Positions 36,795-47,615 of a DNA stretch of 64,000 bases are shown one piece after another. A program made the position numbers and the translations under genes. This DNA is from a virus: the IMG/VR virus record IMGVR_UViG_3300028883_000003, positions 54,181 through 118,180 of that record, one strand, 5' to 3'. The notes beneath the pieces were generated by a model. That model was given only the letters and a program-made list of their open reading frames with translations, did not search any database and was not told where the DNA came from. The first letter of the stretch is position 1, and each line of letters opens with the position of its first letter.

Positions 36795-39700
36795 ATGTCT
36801 ATAGCTACTCTTTGGGATCAACAAACAACTAAACCTTATAAAGCTATTTATTTCTTTGACACACCATATACTGTAAAGTCTCATGGTCCAGTTGCTGAGT
36901 GGTATACGTTTGCAACCACTTCGGCAAATCCTGTTTTTGATTCTTCTGATATACGATGGGTATCCAATGTCCCGTTTATTAAATGGTATTCCGGTGCTTC
37001 TTATCCATTAGAGTTGAGCCCTAATTTTAACAACAGTAACCAATTTGGTGTTGTTTATACTGGAAAGTTTCAAGCTCAATCTGCATCAGCCACTTTCTTT
37101 TTAGCTGGTTATGGAAAAAGTAAAATAGAACTTCAGGGCCAATCTGCGTCAGCTACGATATTATTAGGAGATACTGAAAGTGAAATAGCAAGTTACCATG
37201 TATCTGGTTTGACACCAGATGATTATTATACATTGACCATTCATTACTGGTCATTAGGAAAAGACACTACTGCTAAAAATTCTTTTGTGGTTACATGGAT
37301 AGATTCCACATTACCAAAGGCCATGCCATTATCTGCTGGTTATTATTTCTCACCAAATGACGTAGCTTTAGGGGTGAGTTCATATAAGCTTGAGGATATT
37401 GGTGATGCCGAGGTTCTTATTGACAAAAATCAAACCAATAAATTATCATTCACTATACCACTGGGGACACTATCTGAACGTGGTTATAGGTATGTTTCTT
37501 CTGGTGATTACTTTCAACATAACGTTTCCTCAAATGTTCAAATCAAACGACATCGTATGGTGGAATTACATACCGGGTATGTAAATTCTATTGGTGCCAT
37601 TGCTACAACAAAACGATTTGTTGGTCAGATTAGAGACTGGACTATAAATAGAAGTACTAACGAGCAAAAAGTAATTATTGAGTGTTATGATTGGACAATA
37701 TTTTTGTCTGACGCAATTAATTTAGGATACCCCAATGTAAGTGATTATTTGGCTTTTGGTTATACTTCCACAGACACCAATGGAGTAAGTTTGCAAAGAC
37801 CAAGGGCTTACGATGGCTGGCTAATGGAAGATGTAGTTGATAGTTTATTAGTTAATGCCTATATAGATCCAAAAACTTTATTACAGAAGAAAACACATAC
37901 TACAGTAGACGGGGTTTCTGTTACTGGTGGTTATCTGTTTTTTGATAGAAATCAAGCTACTAAGATTTATTTGGATCGAAATATTAACTATGGCAACCCA
38001 TTAACAATTTATAATGAGGATGCTGACGACAGATATGTTTGGCAGTTTAGTATTGGGGAGTCGTTAAATGACAACCTGTCTAAAGTAATGAATAATTACG
38101 GGTTTAATTATGGTTTTAATGACAACGGTAATTTTTATGTAGATTCTGTAGAGAACCCATTTCAAATTAAATCAATTGACGAGATGACTTTTTATGGGTC
38201 ATGGACAGAAACTACCAATACTAGGGGTTTGTTTGCTGTCTATAAACAAACCAGTGTGGCTAATGCCAGTGTATTGGCAACTTTTATTGGCACTTCGGCT
38301 GAATTGGTTGTTGGTGTTGGTAGTACATTTGGTACGTTACATGTTGCTGTTTCTAACCCTACTCTTGGTGTAGTTGCGACTGGTACGTTTTGGTTAAAGG
38401 CAAATTCCGATCATTTTTATTATGATGGTGTGGACGATTCTTTAGGTTACAATCCTTCAAAAATTCAAATTGGTTCTAATTGGAGTTATGGTTCGTATGA
38501 GGTAAAGGTTGTACAAAAAAATGGGAATATAAATGTAAATGGATTGGTTGTTTATGATTCCGATTTCTTAACCCCTGCTCATTCTTTTTATACTGGTGCT
38601 ACTTTGTCTAAAAGAGGGGTGATAGTTAACAATTATGATGTTAGTTTTTTGAAGGACAGCGTACGTAATGATGTGTTGGTTGTGGGTAGACTCTTAGGGA
38701 TACAGTCCAGTTTATCTGTTGCCGAGGATAATCGTGATCAGTTACCAATCAACCCTAACAATCCAGTAGCTGAGCATATTGTTTCTAGAGCAATAGATCG
38801 TTCTTCTATTGGTTCTATTTCTGCCTCAAACTATGTTGGTAGACCACTTCAAATGATTATTGTGGAGCCTAGTATAGCTGAAGCAGATAGGGCTAATTGG
38901 TTGGCTTCGGAAACTGTTAAAAGGTACAATAATAACTTACGCAATGCTACACCTAGGATTACAGTACCGGGTAATCCTCTTGTTAAATTAAACGATTTAA
39001 TTAGGGCCTATGATATTAAATTAGCTGTGTTGAGTACAACTTATTGGGTTTCAGGCATTAGGGAATCGTTTTTTGGAAATGGAAAATATTCTACTCAACT
39101 AACATTAGAGGGACAAAAACCGTGGCAAAGCTATTACAGATACCCTTTCCCTAGTTTGGGTAGATTTAATAGCCAAGTGTTTCAAAATGTAAAAACGTAC
39201 AACACTGGACTGCCATATAAATCAAATACTGATCCTGTAACTTTCTATACAATAGATGGTGCTACCCCAACTTGGTATTTTCATTATCATAACAAAGATA
39301 ATAACCCTAGTTTATCAGCCCAAGATGTAAAGGACTTATTCCCCAATGATGGTTATATCCAGCTTATCAGACCACCTATTACTAATAATATTGGTATCCC
39401 AATTACTGCAACCATTCAAGAAATTGTTAAGTATGATGGCAAACCAACAGTAGAGAAAAGTACTTTGGTTAACAATGGTTGGAGATATACTTTGGGATTT
39501 AAAGTAGCACGTAGAGGTATTTATTCAACTGCTACTCAAGCAAATACTACGCATTGGGAAGGGCAGCCAGCTAATTTATCTATAAGTCCCTTTATTTCTG
39601 AAGAGACTGGTCAAGTTCCGGGAGTTCAGTTTGATTTAATCATGCCCGGTTTTATTAGGGTTAGTGTGAATGACAAAGCTAACAATTTATTAGACGTACT

Positions 39701-40865
39701 TACAGCTAATGTTGTTCCTGAAGATAATTCTGGTTGGGTATTTGTTAAGCCGGGAAGATATTATTATTCTTGGGGTATGTTTGATCGGGTTGGAGATCAC
39801 AATGTTGCAAACACTAAAAAATACAGGAATAAAGGAATTGAATATAAAATTGGTGCTGGCTATTATGTCGAAAATGATTTGAAATCTTCAAACGTCAGAA
39901 CTGATAGCCAATTTAATTTTTTGTTACAATTTAGGGACAACAGGAGAGAACTAATCTTAGACCAGCAAAGTAGTACTGCTGGTCCGATTGCAATATCAAA
40001 GTACTATGAAAATGATTCAAGTCTGAGCCCGGATATTGACGGGTCAGTTATTATAAGGGGCAGTTTTCAACATCCTTCTACTTATATTCATGACTTATCC
40101 AACGCCTATGGTTCTTCGGGGGTTTTAACATCTAAGGCATGTCCCTATTACACTGGTAGTGAAAACAATGGATCGGGAGCTAGGTTTTATTTATGGAATG
40201 TAAGTCCCTCCCCTTCTTCTGAGCACAAAAGAATTGTTGATGTGCAAATTAATAGATACATTTATTTATTTGGGTCGGCAATTGTACACGGCGATTACAC
40301 TCCAGATGAAATGGGTACAACAGGTTTAGTTTATTCCGGAAAAGAAGAAATTTTTAATGACACCTTAGTTTTTTCTGGAGATGTAAAAACAGTTTTTATT
40401 CAGCCCCCAAGAAGTTTGCCTTTTGTTACTGAAAAGGCATGGCAATTTTTAAGTTTTTATCCTAAGCAGGCAGCAGCAATATCACACATTCATATATTTG
40501 ATGTATTAACAACTGATATGTCTGGAAGAAAGTCAAATTGCCAATTTGCAACTTGTTGGATACCAGTGCCATTTGCAAGTGGGGGAATAAGCCAGTTTGG
40601 TGGTCCTGACCCTGCTGTAAGTTACTATTATGACGTAATAAGATTTTCAGATTTTGATTTAGGTGCTAAAAACATAGATTTAAGTGGGTATGAGAATCCC
40701 TATCCGTCTAGAGATATTACGGGGCCTTTTGTTCAAGGACCAATAAAAGTACAAACCGAGTATACAATAAATAATAATGGGGGGATTATTAGTACTGTTA
40801 CAGCCCCCGGACTATACGCCGTTATACAAAATATGGCTGCATGTGTTATGTATGGTAAAAAGTAA
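36795..40865 (+). CDS. Tail tip/baseplate hub protein with an N-terminal PA14-like domain
   Basis: GVVYTGKFQA...YYTLTIHYW (PA14-like); hub-like central region (RNDVLVVG, PGNPLVKLND). Confidence 0.6.
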   Translation: MSIATLWDQQTTKPYKAIYFFDTPYTVKSHGPVAEWYTFATTSANPVFDSSDIRWVSNVPFIKWYSGASYPLELSPNFNNSNQFGVVYTGKFQAQSASATFFLAGYGKSKIELQGQSASATILLGDTESEIASYHVSGLTPDDYYTLTIHYWSLGKDTTAKNSFVVTWIDSTLPKAMPLSAGYYFSPNDVALGVSSYKLEDIGDAEVLIDKNQTNKLSFTIPLGTLSERGYRYVSSGDYFQHNVSSNVQIKRHRMVELHTGYVNSIGAIATTKRFVGQIRDWTINRSTNEQKVIIECYDWTIFLSDAINLGYPNVSDYLAFGYTSTDTNGVSLQRPRAYDGWLMEDVVDSLLVNAYIDPKTLLQKKTHTTVDGVSVTGGYLFFDRNQATKIYLDRNINYGNPLTIYNEDADDRYVWQFSIGESLNDNLSKVMNNYGFNYGFNDNGNFYVDSVENPFQIKSIDEMTFYGSWTETTNTRGLFAVYKQTSVANASVLATFIGTSAELVVGVGSTFGTLHVAVSNPTLGVVATGTFWLKANSDHFYYDGVDDSLGYNPSKIQIGSNWSYGSYEVKVVQKNGNINVNGLVVYDSDFLTPAHSFYTGATLSKRGVIVNNYDVSFLKDSVRNDVLVVGRLLGIQSSLSVAEDNRDQLPINPNNPVAEHIVSRAIDRSSIGSISASNYVGRPLQMIIVEPSIAEADRANWLASETVKRYNNNLRNATPRITVPGNPLVKLNDLIRAYDIKLAVLSTTYWVSGIRESFFGNGKYSTQLTLEGQKPWQSYYRYPFPSLGRFNSQVFQNVKTYNTGLPYKSNTDPVTFYTIDGATPTWYFHYHNKDNNPSLSAQDVKDLFPNDGYIQLIRPPITNNIGIPITATIQEIVKYDGKPTVEKSTLVNNGWRYTLGFKVARRGIYSTATQANTTHWEGQPANLSISPFISEETGQVPGVQFDLIMPGFIRVSVNDKANNLLDVLTANVVPEDNSGWVFVKPGRYYYSWGMFDRVGDHNVANTKKYRNKGIEYKIGAGYYVENDLKSSNVRTDSQFNFLLQFRDNRRELILDQQSSTAGPIAISKYYENDSSLSPDIDGSVIIRGSFQHPSTYIHDLSNAYGSSGVLTSKACPYYTGSENNGSGARFYLWNVSPSPSSEHKRIVDVQINRYIYLFGSAIVHGDYTPDEMGTTGLVYSGKEEIFNDTLVFSGDVKTVFIQPPRSLPFVTEKAWQFLSFYPKQAAAISHIHIFDVLTTDMSGRKSNCQFATCWIPVPFASGGISQFGGPDPAVSYYYDVIRFSDFDLGAKNIDLSGYENPYPSRDITGPFVQGPIKVQTEYTINNNGGIISTVTAPGLYAVIQNMAACVMYGKK

Positions 40866-43800
40866 TGAGTAAAAATATAATCCAAACAATTAAAGACCAG
40901 ATAACTGGACAAACTAGAGAACACGCTAATATAAATTTAGATAATGTGCCTATTGTTCCAATTGATAGCAGAACAAATGTGGATACCCCGGAAGTTTCTG
41001 TAGTTGGTGTTACACCTAATTGGACACATATTGTGCAGCAGGTTTCTGGTTCCTATGTTGTTTCTCCTGATGAGCTTTTGAAATCTAGTTTTCGTAGATA
41101 TGTGGAAGAGTTATCAGGTTCGTCTATTGTGGTAAAGCCACCTGAGATGACCGATGGCACCAGACATTTTTTTGGTACTGATATTTATACTGCTAACAAA
41201 GATGTTCAGGTGTCATTAACGGTTGCTTCTTCTGGTGGGTATTTAGGTGTTTATTCCAAACAATCCGATGGGAGTGATTGGTCTGTTATTTATGAGCAGC
41301 CTATTGTTCAAACTGTTACCACAACTAACCAAACTATTAGGTTAGCTATACCCCAATATTCGTGGCAAAGTATAGCAATAACTTTTGTTCCTTATGATTC
41401 AGACCCTGCTGTAGGGTTTACTGGTGTGTGGACTGGTGTTGGTATGCAAAGGCCAACCAGTATTCGTTCTTATACTAATTCTTTAACTGCTCCTACGTGG
41501 GCAGCTAATCCTATGCAGCAGGAGCTTGACCCACAGACTGGTAAGTACTCGGTATTATTATCATGGAACAAAAGCACAAATGAAGACATAGCTGGTTATG
41601 GCGTTTACAGAGAGGCTGTTGTATCTTCTGGTGTTACAGTTGCTGCTTTTATTCCCGGAACTTTATTTTCAGCTACGGGTAAACCAAGAAGTTTTAGAAG
41701 TAATTGGTTTGCTTATTTTGGTGGTTTGGGAACTATCAGCCCATTTGATACCATTTATTTTGGTGACCCAACCGCTACATTAGGTATTTCGGATGTTGTG
41801 CTGCGTAAACCAAATAAAATACCTAACCCAATATTTAGCAATGGTAATACTCATTGGGTGCTTTCTACAAATGCAACCATAAAAAATACATCGTTTTCTA
41901 AAGTTGGCAGTGCTCATGTGAATTTTGATGGTATGTTGGCATCTAATGGTTCTATACAGTTAACTTCCGGCTACTATATTTCTGTCAATCCTACATTAAA
42001 CTACACTATTGAGTTTGGTATAAGCCAAAACTTGTTATCCAAACACCCATTTGGTCTAGGGGGTTATGGGGTATCTGCTTCTCGTTGGACTGTGTCTAGT
42101 GGTGTGTCCAGCATAACCGCTACATTAGATGATATTACTGAATATGCAGAAGTGTTGAGGGGAAATACTGACGGTTATTTTAGAGTTGAGAACAACGCAT
42201 TTTATGTTAGCACCCTTGCATCTTTGACTTTAACAACTGCTGCTTCTTTTGCTAAAGAAGATTACTATAAAATATCTATACATGACAAAGATGATACCGA
42301 ATTATACAATACGGGAACTCTTTGGGCTAGTCATGGGTACAAATCTTTTGTTCGTAGATTTACCCCATCAGCTTCAGGTACTGCATATATTAAGGTTACG
42401 GTTCCGGGTACTACTAGCTACACCAATTTTGCTACTTTGCATTTTAGAAATATTTCTTTGTCTGCCCAAAGTACTACTGGTAGTATTACAGATTTGTTTA
42501 CATTGGTTTTCTTAAATGGGTTTTTCGCTGCGTGTGGCACGCCTTTGGCTACAATTAACATAGCTCAGCCTGCGAGTAGATTATCCCGATATAATTTTTC
42601 AGTAGCACCAATTAATCGTTACATGTATGACACGGTGCTGGGAACATTAAGAGCAACCGCAACTATTTCTCCTTATATTCCTAAGGATTGTGAGTACCTG
42701 CAAATAAAGTATAAAACAAAATCTTTATCAGCATCGGAGCCGTTACCAATAAGACGTGAGATACATTTTGCTGGTATGTATGTTGGTGAAAGACCAGATT
42801 CATATTTTTCTGTGTTTGCTACTCAAAGTGTTTGGGTTAAAACTACTTCAACTTTGACTACTACTGTTGGTTCCATAATAAATTTTGTTGCTTACGATCA
42901 TTTAGCTGATCGACCTAAAATGGAGTCAGATGCTTCTGTTATTAAATGGACTGATTATGACGTGGTTGTGAATGAAAAGTATAAGTATTATTTAGACAAC
43001 TATGATAATAGTGCCTTTGTTAATCGTTCTCCTTTTTCTGCGGTGGCTTCATTAACAATTGCTGATATTACTGCTCCCAAAGCTCCGACTGGGTACACAA
43101 TTGTGCCAGTTCCGGGAGCCGTGCAACATAGATGGACCAATCCTACGGCACAAGACTTAGCTTATGTTAGTGGTTATTCTGATTCAGACTGCCAATACAA
43201 AATATTTGAGCTTCGGTCTTCCCCCGGTAGTTTGAGTAATTTTACTGAAACAACTACTACTGCATCTGTATCTGTAAAACGTGTTTTAAGGGCCAATGAT
43301 ATTTATGGTAATCTCTCTCCAACTATCTCTGTTACTGGAACATTATTGCCAGAAAAACCAACAGATTTATCTTTTACAATTACAATGAAAGATGGAAGTG
43401 GCCAGCCTATATACCCTAATAATAATGGTTGGTACAATTCTTCAGCAATAGTTGCTTCTTTACTATACGAAGGTACAAATGCTATAGCAAGCATGTTTAG
43501 TTCTGTTCGCAATGTTGGAAGTGGTGGAGCTTGGTCGGTTTGGGGAGTATTTGACGGGACAACCGAAATTTATGGTTCGGGTATTTATGGTTTGCGGTAT
43601 TATGTTAAGGACATCTATAATAACAACAGTGCCCCATCCGAGTCTTTTGTTGTTAAGTTTGATGACACTAAACCAGCTTGGGGAAGTCAGAAATCTAGAT
43701 TTTGGGACGGTCCTAATTGTAAGTCTTTCCCCGGCTACAATTCTTTGAAATGGAATGACACTGTACCAACCGACAACTTATCTCAAGTTTATCAATACCA

Positions 43801-46315
43801 CATACGTAAACACCAAATTATTGGAACAACTACCGCTGATCCGGGCTTTGATTCTTCTATTGTTGGCAACTTAACCAACAATGTTGCTTGGAGCAGAGAA
43901 GGTGGTGTGTCTTTTGGTACGTTCTTAATTGAGGACAACCAATCAGTTGGTTTTTATAACAAAAAACATATAAAACTCATAGCTGAACATGCGTCTGGTT
44001 ATGTCAGTGCCACTCTTGTTTCGTCTGCTATTAAAGTAGAAAGTGGAGACAATGTATTTGGTATGTTCAGGTTTGCTGTCGCTTCTATGGGAGGACTAAC
44101 CAATGTGAAGTTGGCTGTGAGGGACGCTGATACAAAAAGCGTTTTGGCTTCTATGGCTTTCAAGAATTTATCTTTGTCCCCAACGTTCCAATATGGACAA
44201 GTATCTTATAGTTCGGGAGGTTCCGCTACTGTTCAGCTTACTGTTACTGCAACCAGTTTAGCTACACCACCAAACCAAAATGACTTTATGTACATTGACG
44301 AAATGTTAATGACTGTGAATCCAGTATTGTCTACCATTAATAAAGTAGCAGCCGGGGATTATTTTTATACTGATACAGATGTTATTTCTTGGGGTAGATA
44401 TTTGTATGCTGTTGTTCCTGAAGACTATGCTGGTAATTTAGGAACAATTTCTGATTACAAATATATGCGGTCTATAGCTAATGTCCGTGATAGCTATAGA
44501 AATATGTTGAATAACTCCAGCTTTGAACGAAGTCACTTTTCTAATGCTACCCTGTGGCCTGATAATTGGGATAGTTATTTATTAGGGGCCAACAACACCA
44601 AAACACAGTATAACAAAGATAGCCAAGTGGTGACTTCCGAACAGTATTATGGAAACCAATGTTTGTTATTAAATGGTGGTGTTTCAGGAGTTGTTTTTCA
44701 AAATAATGTTACTCTTTTGCCATATACTGGTGATGACAGATTATATGTTATTAGTGCCTACGCCAAAAAACCAGCTAGCTCCAGTGCCTTGTTGGTTTTG
44801 GGTGGGCTAATAAAAAACACCGATGGTACAACAGTTCTGAATAAAAACACCTCATTCAATTTAACTAATTCGTGGGTTAGATATACTGCTACTATTAACC
44901 AAACTGTTGCCAGTATGCAGCAAATAAGTGTTTATTTAGCTGGTAGTAGTGTTGGTACAATCTATGTAGATGCTGTTCAATTAGAGGATAATAATGATGG
45001 TGTAGCGAGTTATTATTATGACACTACTTCCGTAACTGCCGACTATATTCAAGGTGCATTAATTCGTGGGCACAATATTGAGGCAGATTCGATATATACA
45101 AATCATTTGCAGGCAGGCGTTATTACTGCTGAAAAATTATCAGCTAATTCGGTGGCCGCTTCTAATATAAAAGCTAATACGTTGACCACCAATGAGTTAA
45201 GTTTAGCCAATGCCGATATTTTTTTACGGTCCCATTATGTTTCTGGAAGAAGCTTGGCCGCTGCTACGGTGTTTAACTATTATTCTTCTTTTGGCACAGT
45301 TCGGCCTTGGAGTGCAGCAGTTAATCCTACGCTAAGTGGCTATTACACAATACATGAATGTACCGATTCTGGTGTTGACAAAGTAGCTCTTACCATATGG
45401 GGGCATTATTTATACTCCCCCCAAAGTTTAATTTTGCCCAGTGCAATCTATTCTAAAAATGCCGGATACCCAAAAATTGCCGTAACATATCCTTATAGCA
45501 CTACAGGAACTGGGCTTATAGCAGTTAGAAGTGCTGGTGGTACTATTTACACAGCTTATGGGACTTTTTCTAAAAACAGACATCTATTGAATACAGCAGC
45601 TTGGTCCGGAGTTACTGAAATTATTGCTGATGGAAACTTTTATAATACGGATTTGGTTTATAATGGCGGAAATTTCTTTATGAACACCGCCACTACTAAT
45701 AACGTAACTCCTACTTTACACCTTATCAAACTAGATCATCAAGGAAAAAATCCAGTGGTATATAGAAAAGCTTATGCGATGGCTAGTTTAGTACTGTATT
45801 CAAGTTTGTGTAAAGATGCCAATGGTACACTATTATTGGCAACTGCATTTTATTCGTGGGGTGGGGTAGGATGTGCCACGATATCTTTGTCTGGCTATAA
45901 CAAAAATGGAATAAGTGTTATACCAACTGTGCAGATTGGCACCTATAATGGATTGTCTAATTTAGACCGAACGTTATACGGTGGTGCAAGAGCCGGGGTT
46001 GGACGCGTGTCTATGCAAGCAATCAAAAGTAATAAGTTTTTTCTTACATACACAATAGTTGGGCATTATATTTATTATTATAAAATTTTAGATAGTAATT
46101 TAAATGTGCTCGTTGGGCAGAACAGAGACTTAATTTTGTTTGCTTGGGATAAAGACAAATTTGGGGCTGGTGCTGTGCCAAAACTACAGGGAGTATGGAC
46201 TGAAGATAATGATATTACTTACCAGTATAGTGTTGGGGCTACATTATATTCTAACATAATGCAACGATCTACTGGTACAGTCAATTTACAAGAACTTCTT
46301 AATAGGTTAACTTAA
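40865..46315 (+). CDS. Tail tip/central fibre host-specificity protein with FN3 and CBM-like domains
   Basis: LSWNKSTNEDIAGYGVYR and DITAPKAPTG (FN3); NSSFE CBM-like; ITAEKLSANSV repeats. Confidence 0.7.
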   Translation: MSKNIIQTIKDQITGQTREHANINLDNVPIVPIDSRTNVDTPEVSVVGVTPNWTHIVQQVSGSYVVSPDELLKSSFRRYVEELSGSSIVVKPPEMTDGTRHFFGTDIYTANKDVQVSLTVASSGGYLGVYSKQSDGSDWSVIYEQPIVQTVTTTNQTIRLAIPQYSWQSIAITFVPYDSDPAVGFTGVWTGVGMQRPTSIRSYTNSLTAPTWAANPMQQELDPQTGKYSVLLSWNKSTNEDIAGYGVYREAVVSSGVTVAAFIPGTLFSATGKPRSFRSNWFAYFGGLGTISPFDTIYFGDPTATLGISDVVLRKPNKIPNPIFSNGNTHWVLSTNATIKNTSFSKVGSAHVNFDGMLASNGSIQLTSGYYISVNPTLNYTIEFGISQNLLSKHPFGLGGYGVSASRWTVSSGVSSITATLDDITEYAEVLRGNTDGYFRVENNAFYVSTLASLTLTTAASFAKEDYYKISIHDKDDTELYNTGTLWASHGYKSFVRRFTPSASGTAYIKVTVPGTTSYTNFATLHFRNISLSAQSTTGSITDLFTLVFLNGFFAACGTPLATINIAQPASRLSRYNFSVAPINRYMYDTVLGTLRATATISPYIPKDCEYLQIKYKTKSLSASEPLPIRREIHFAGMYVGERPDSYFSVFATQSVWVKTTSTLTTTVGSIINFVAYDHLADRPKMESDASVIKWTDYDVVVNEKYKYYLDNYDNSAFVNRSPFSAVASLTIADITAPKAPTGYTIVPVPGAVQHRWTNPTAQDLAYVSGYSDSDCQYKIFELRSSPGSLSNFTETTTTASVSVKRVLRANDIYGNLSPTISVTGTLLPEKPTDLSFTITMKDGSGQPIYPNNNGWYNSSAIVASLLYEGTNAIASMFSSVRNVGSGGAWSVWGVFDGTTEIYGSGIYGLRYYVKDIYNNNSAPSESFVVKFDDTKPAWGSQKSRFWDGPNCKSFPGYNSLKWNDTVPTDNLSQVYQYHIRKHQIIGTTTADPGFDSSIVGNLTNNVAWSREGGVSFGTFLIEDNQSVGFYNKKHIKLIAEHASGYVSATLVSSAIKVESGDNVFGMFRFAVASMGGLTNVKLAVRDADTKSVLASMAFKNLSLSPTFQYGQVSYSSGGSATVQLTVTATSLATPPNQNDFMYIDEMLMTVNPVLSTINKVAAGDYFYTDTDVISWGRYLYAVVPEDYAGNLGTISDYKYMRSIANVRDSYRNMLNNSSFERSHFSNATLWPDNWDSYLLGANNTKTQYNKDSQVVTSEQYYGNQCLLLNGGVSGVVFQNNVTLLPYTGDDRLYVISAYAKKPASSSALLVLGGLIKNTDGTTVLNKNTSFNLTNSWVRYTATINQTVASMQQISVYLAGSSVGTIYVDAVQLEDNNDGVASYYYDTTSVTADYIQGALIRGHNIEADSIYTNHLQAGVITAEKLSANSVAASNIKANTLTTNELSLANADIFLRSHYVSGRSLAAATVFNYYSSFGTVRPWSAAVNPTLSGYYTIHECTDSGVDKVALTIWGHYLYSPQSLILPSAIYSKNAGYPKIAVTYPYSTTGTGLIAVRSAGGTIYTAYGTFSKNRHLLNTAAWSGVTEIIADGNFYNTDLVYNGGNFFMNTATTNNVTPTLHLIKLDHQGKNPVVYRKAYAMASLVLYSSLCKDANGTLLLATAFYSWGGVGCATISLSGYNKNGISVIPTVQIGTYNGLSNLDRTLYGGARAGVGRVSMQAIKSNKFFLTYTIVGHYIYYYKILDSNLNVLVGQNRDLILFAWDKDKFGAGAVPKLQGVWTEDNDITYQYSVGATLYSNIMQRSTGTVNLQELLNRLT

Positions 46316-46706
46316 ACCCAACCATTGTGTATTGCACTATCCACTGATTAGATTGCCAAGCATCAAAGCTACTTTCAACGGGGTGGTTACATTGGTGCTC
46401 AACAATTAGAGAAAGATTATTGTTAATTTTGTAATCAGCCCCAATTGTGTATCCTATTCGATAAGGAGCACCGTTTAACGTACCTGATTTAGGATAGGCC
46501 CAAGTTTCAACAGTACTGAATATGGTTAATTTGTTATAGGCACTGCTTATACCTAATTCGGCGTAATAATTAAAAGACCTGTCTTGTTTGTCAATGACTA
46601 TGGATTTAATATTTGCGTAACCAAAAGTTAATTCCCCTTTTGGTTTGCAGTTAACATGAATCGGTAATAGCACAATAATAATTATAGTAGTAATTAACTT
46701 TTTCAT
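46299..46706 (-). CDS. Small secreted outer-membrane beta-barrel-like protein
   Basis: Signal MKKLITTIIIIVLLPIHVNC; alternating amphipathic strands; C-terminal VGFKLTY with a terminal aromatic residue. Confidence 0.6.
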   Translation of the reverse strand: MKKLITTIIIIVLLPIHVNCKPKGELTFGYANIKSIVIDKQDRSFNYYAELGISSAYNKLTIFSTVETWAYPKSGTLNGAPYRIGYTIGADYKINNNLSLIVEHQCNHPVESSFDAWQSNQWIVQYTMVGFKLTY

Positions 46707-47503
46707 AATAATGGATGACTTTCTTTAATTTTTTTCTGTATGTGTTCAGGAGCTAAGTGAATATAATTTTCAGTAACGGATATGGAACTATGGTTTAAAA
46801 ATTCTTTAACGTCACTTAACATGGCCCCATTGGTTAAAAGTTCGGTAGCAATACCGTGCCTATACGCGTGGGGGTTTACATAATCATTTCCCAAGTGTCG
46901 TTTTAATTTCATTCTCAGAGAGTCTTCAGTGGCTCTCTGATTTTTATTGTTCAAAAATAGATAGCCAGAAATTCTTTCACCAATGTATTTTTTAAATGTT
47001 TCCTTTACACTGTCAGTGAGGATAGAAATATAAGGCTTCCCACCCTTCGACATCATAAAAGTAATGGTATTGTCAGAGAAGTCTTCTATTCTTAAATGGG
47101 CTAACGATGAAATACGACAGCCTGTAGTAGCTAAAATTTGTACGATTAACTTTATTTCTACATTTGAAATTTTGGGCAACAATTTTTTTGTTTCATTCGA
47201 TAAAGCCATTTTCGGTATGGAACGATGCAAAACAGGCAGACTCAAGTTATTTAAATCTTCTGGAACTTTTGGGATTTTATTTTGTAACACTAAAAACTGA
47301 GCGTACTTTCTTATACTAGCCCTTATTCGATACATAGAGTTAGGCTTTTTGTTAAGCTGTAAGATGTTGCTGGGCAAGCAGATAGAGAAATCTTCCGAGA
47401 TTACACCAGCTTTTTCTGCCAACTTTAGATCAGACAAATAGGCTCGAATGGTGTGCTCGCTTTTTCCGAGGCTTCGGAGGTAAGACTCAAATTGTTTGTA
47501 CAT
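46703..47503 (-). CDS. Tyrosine recombinase (XerC/D-like or integrase)
   Basis: True start is likely 47503 (AAGGAG ribosome binding site); TGCRIS, PHAYRH, LNHSSISVT and ENY give an intact R-H-R-H-Y catalytic set. Confidence 0.9.
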   Translation of the reverse strand: MYKQFESYLRSLGKSEHTIRAYLSDLKLAEKAGVISEDFSICLPSNILQLNKKPNSMYRIRASIRKYAQFLVLQNKIPKVPEDLNNLSLPVLHRSIPKMALSNETKKLLPKISNVEIKLIVQILATTGCRISSLAHLRIEDFSDNTITFMMSKGGKPYISILTDSVKETFKKYIGERISGYLFLNNKNQRATEDSLRMKLKRHLGNDYVNPHAYRHGIATELLTNGAMLSDVKEFLNHSSISVTENYIHLAPEHIQKKIKESHPLL

Positions 47504-47528
47504 TTTTTCTCCTTTTGTTATATTATCA

Positions 47529-47590
47529 AACACAGAAAAGTTTTTAAAAGTTCCCGGTTTTTTCGGGAACCTTTTTGTCTCGGTTGTGTT
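47529..47590. promoter_or_regulatory. Back-to-back ECF-like promoters P3 (-) and P4 (+) forming a GTTCCCG-N7-CGGGAAC palindrome
   Basis: P3: gttcccg at 47550-47556, N18, aac at 47529-47531. P4: cgggaac at 47564-47570, N17, gtt at 47588-47590. Confidence 0.6.
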
Positions 47591-47615
47591 GTAGGGGTAC
47601 GGAAAGGAGAAAGAA

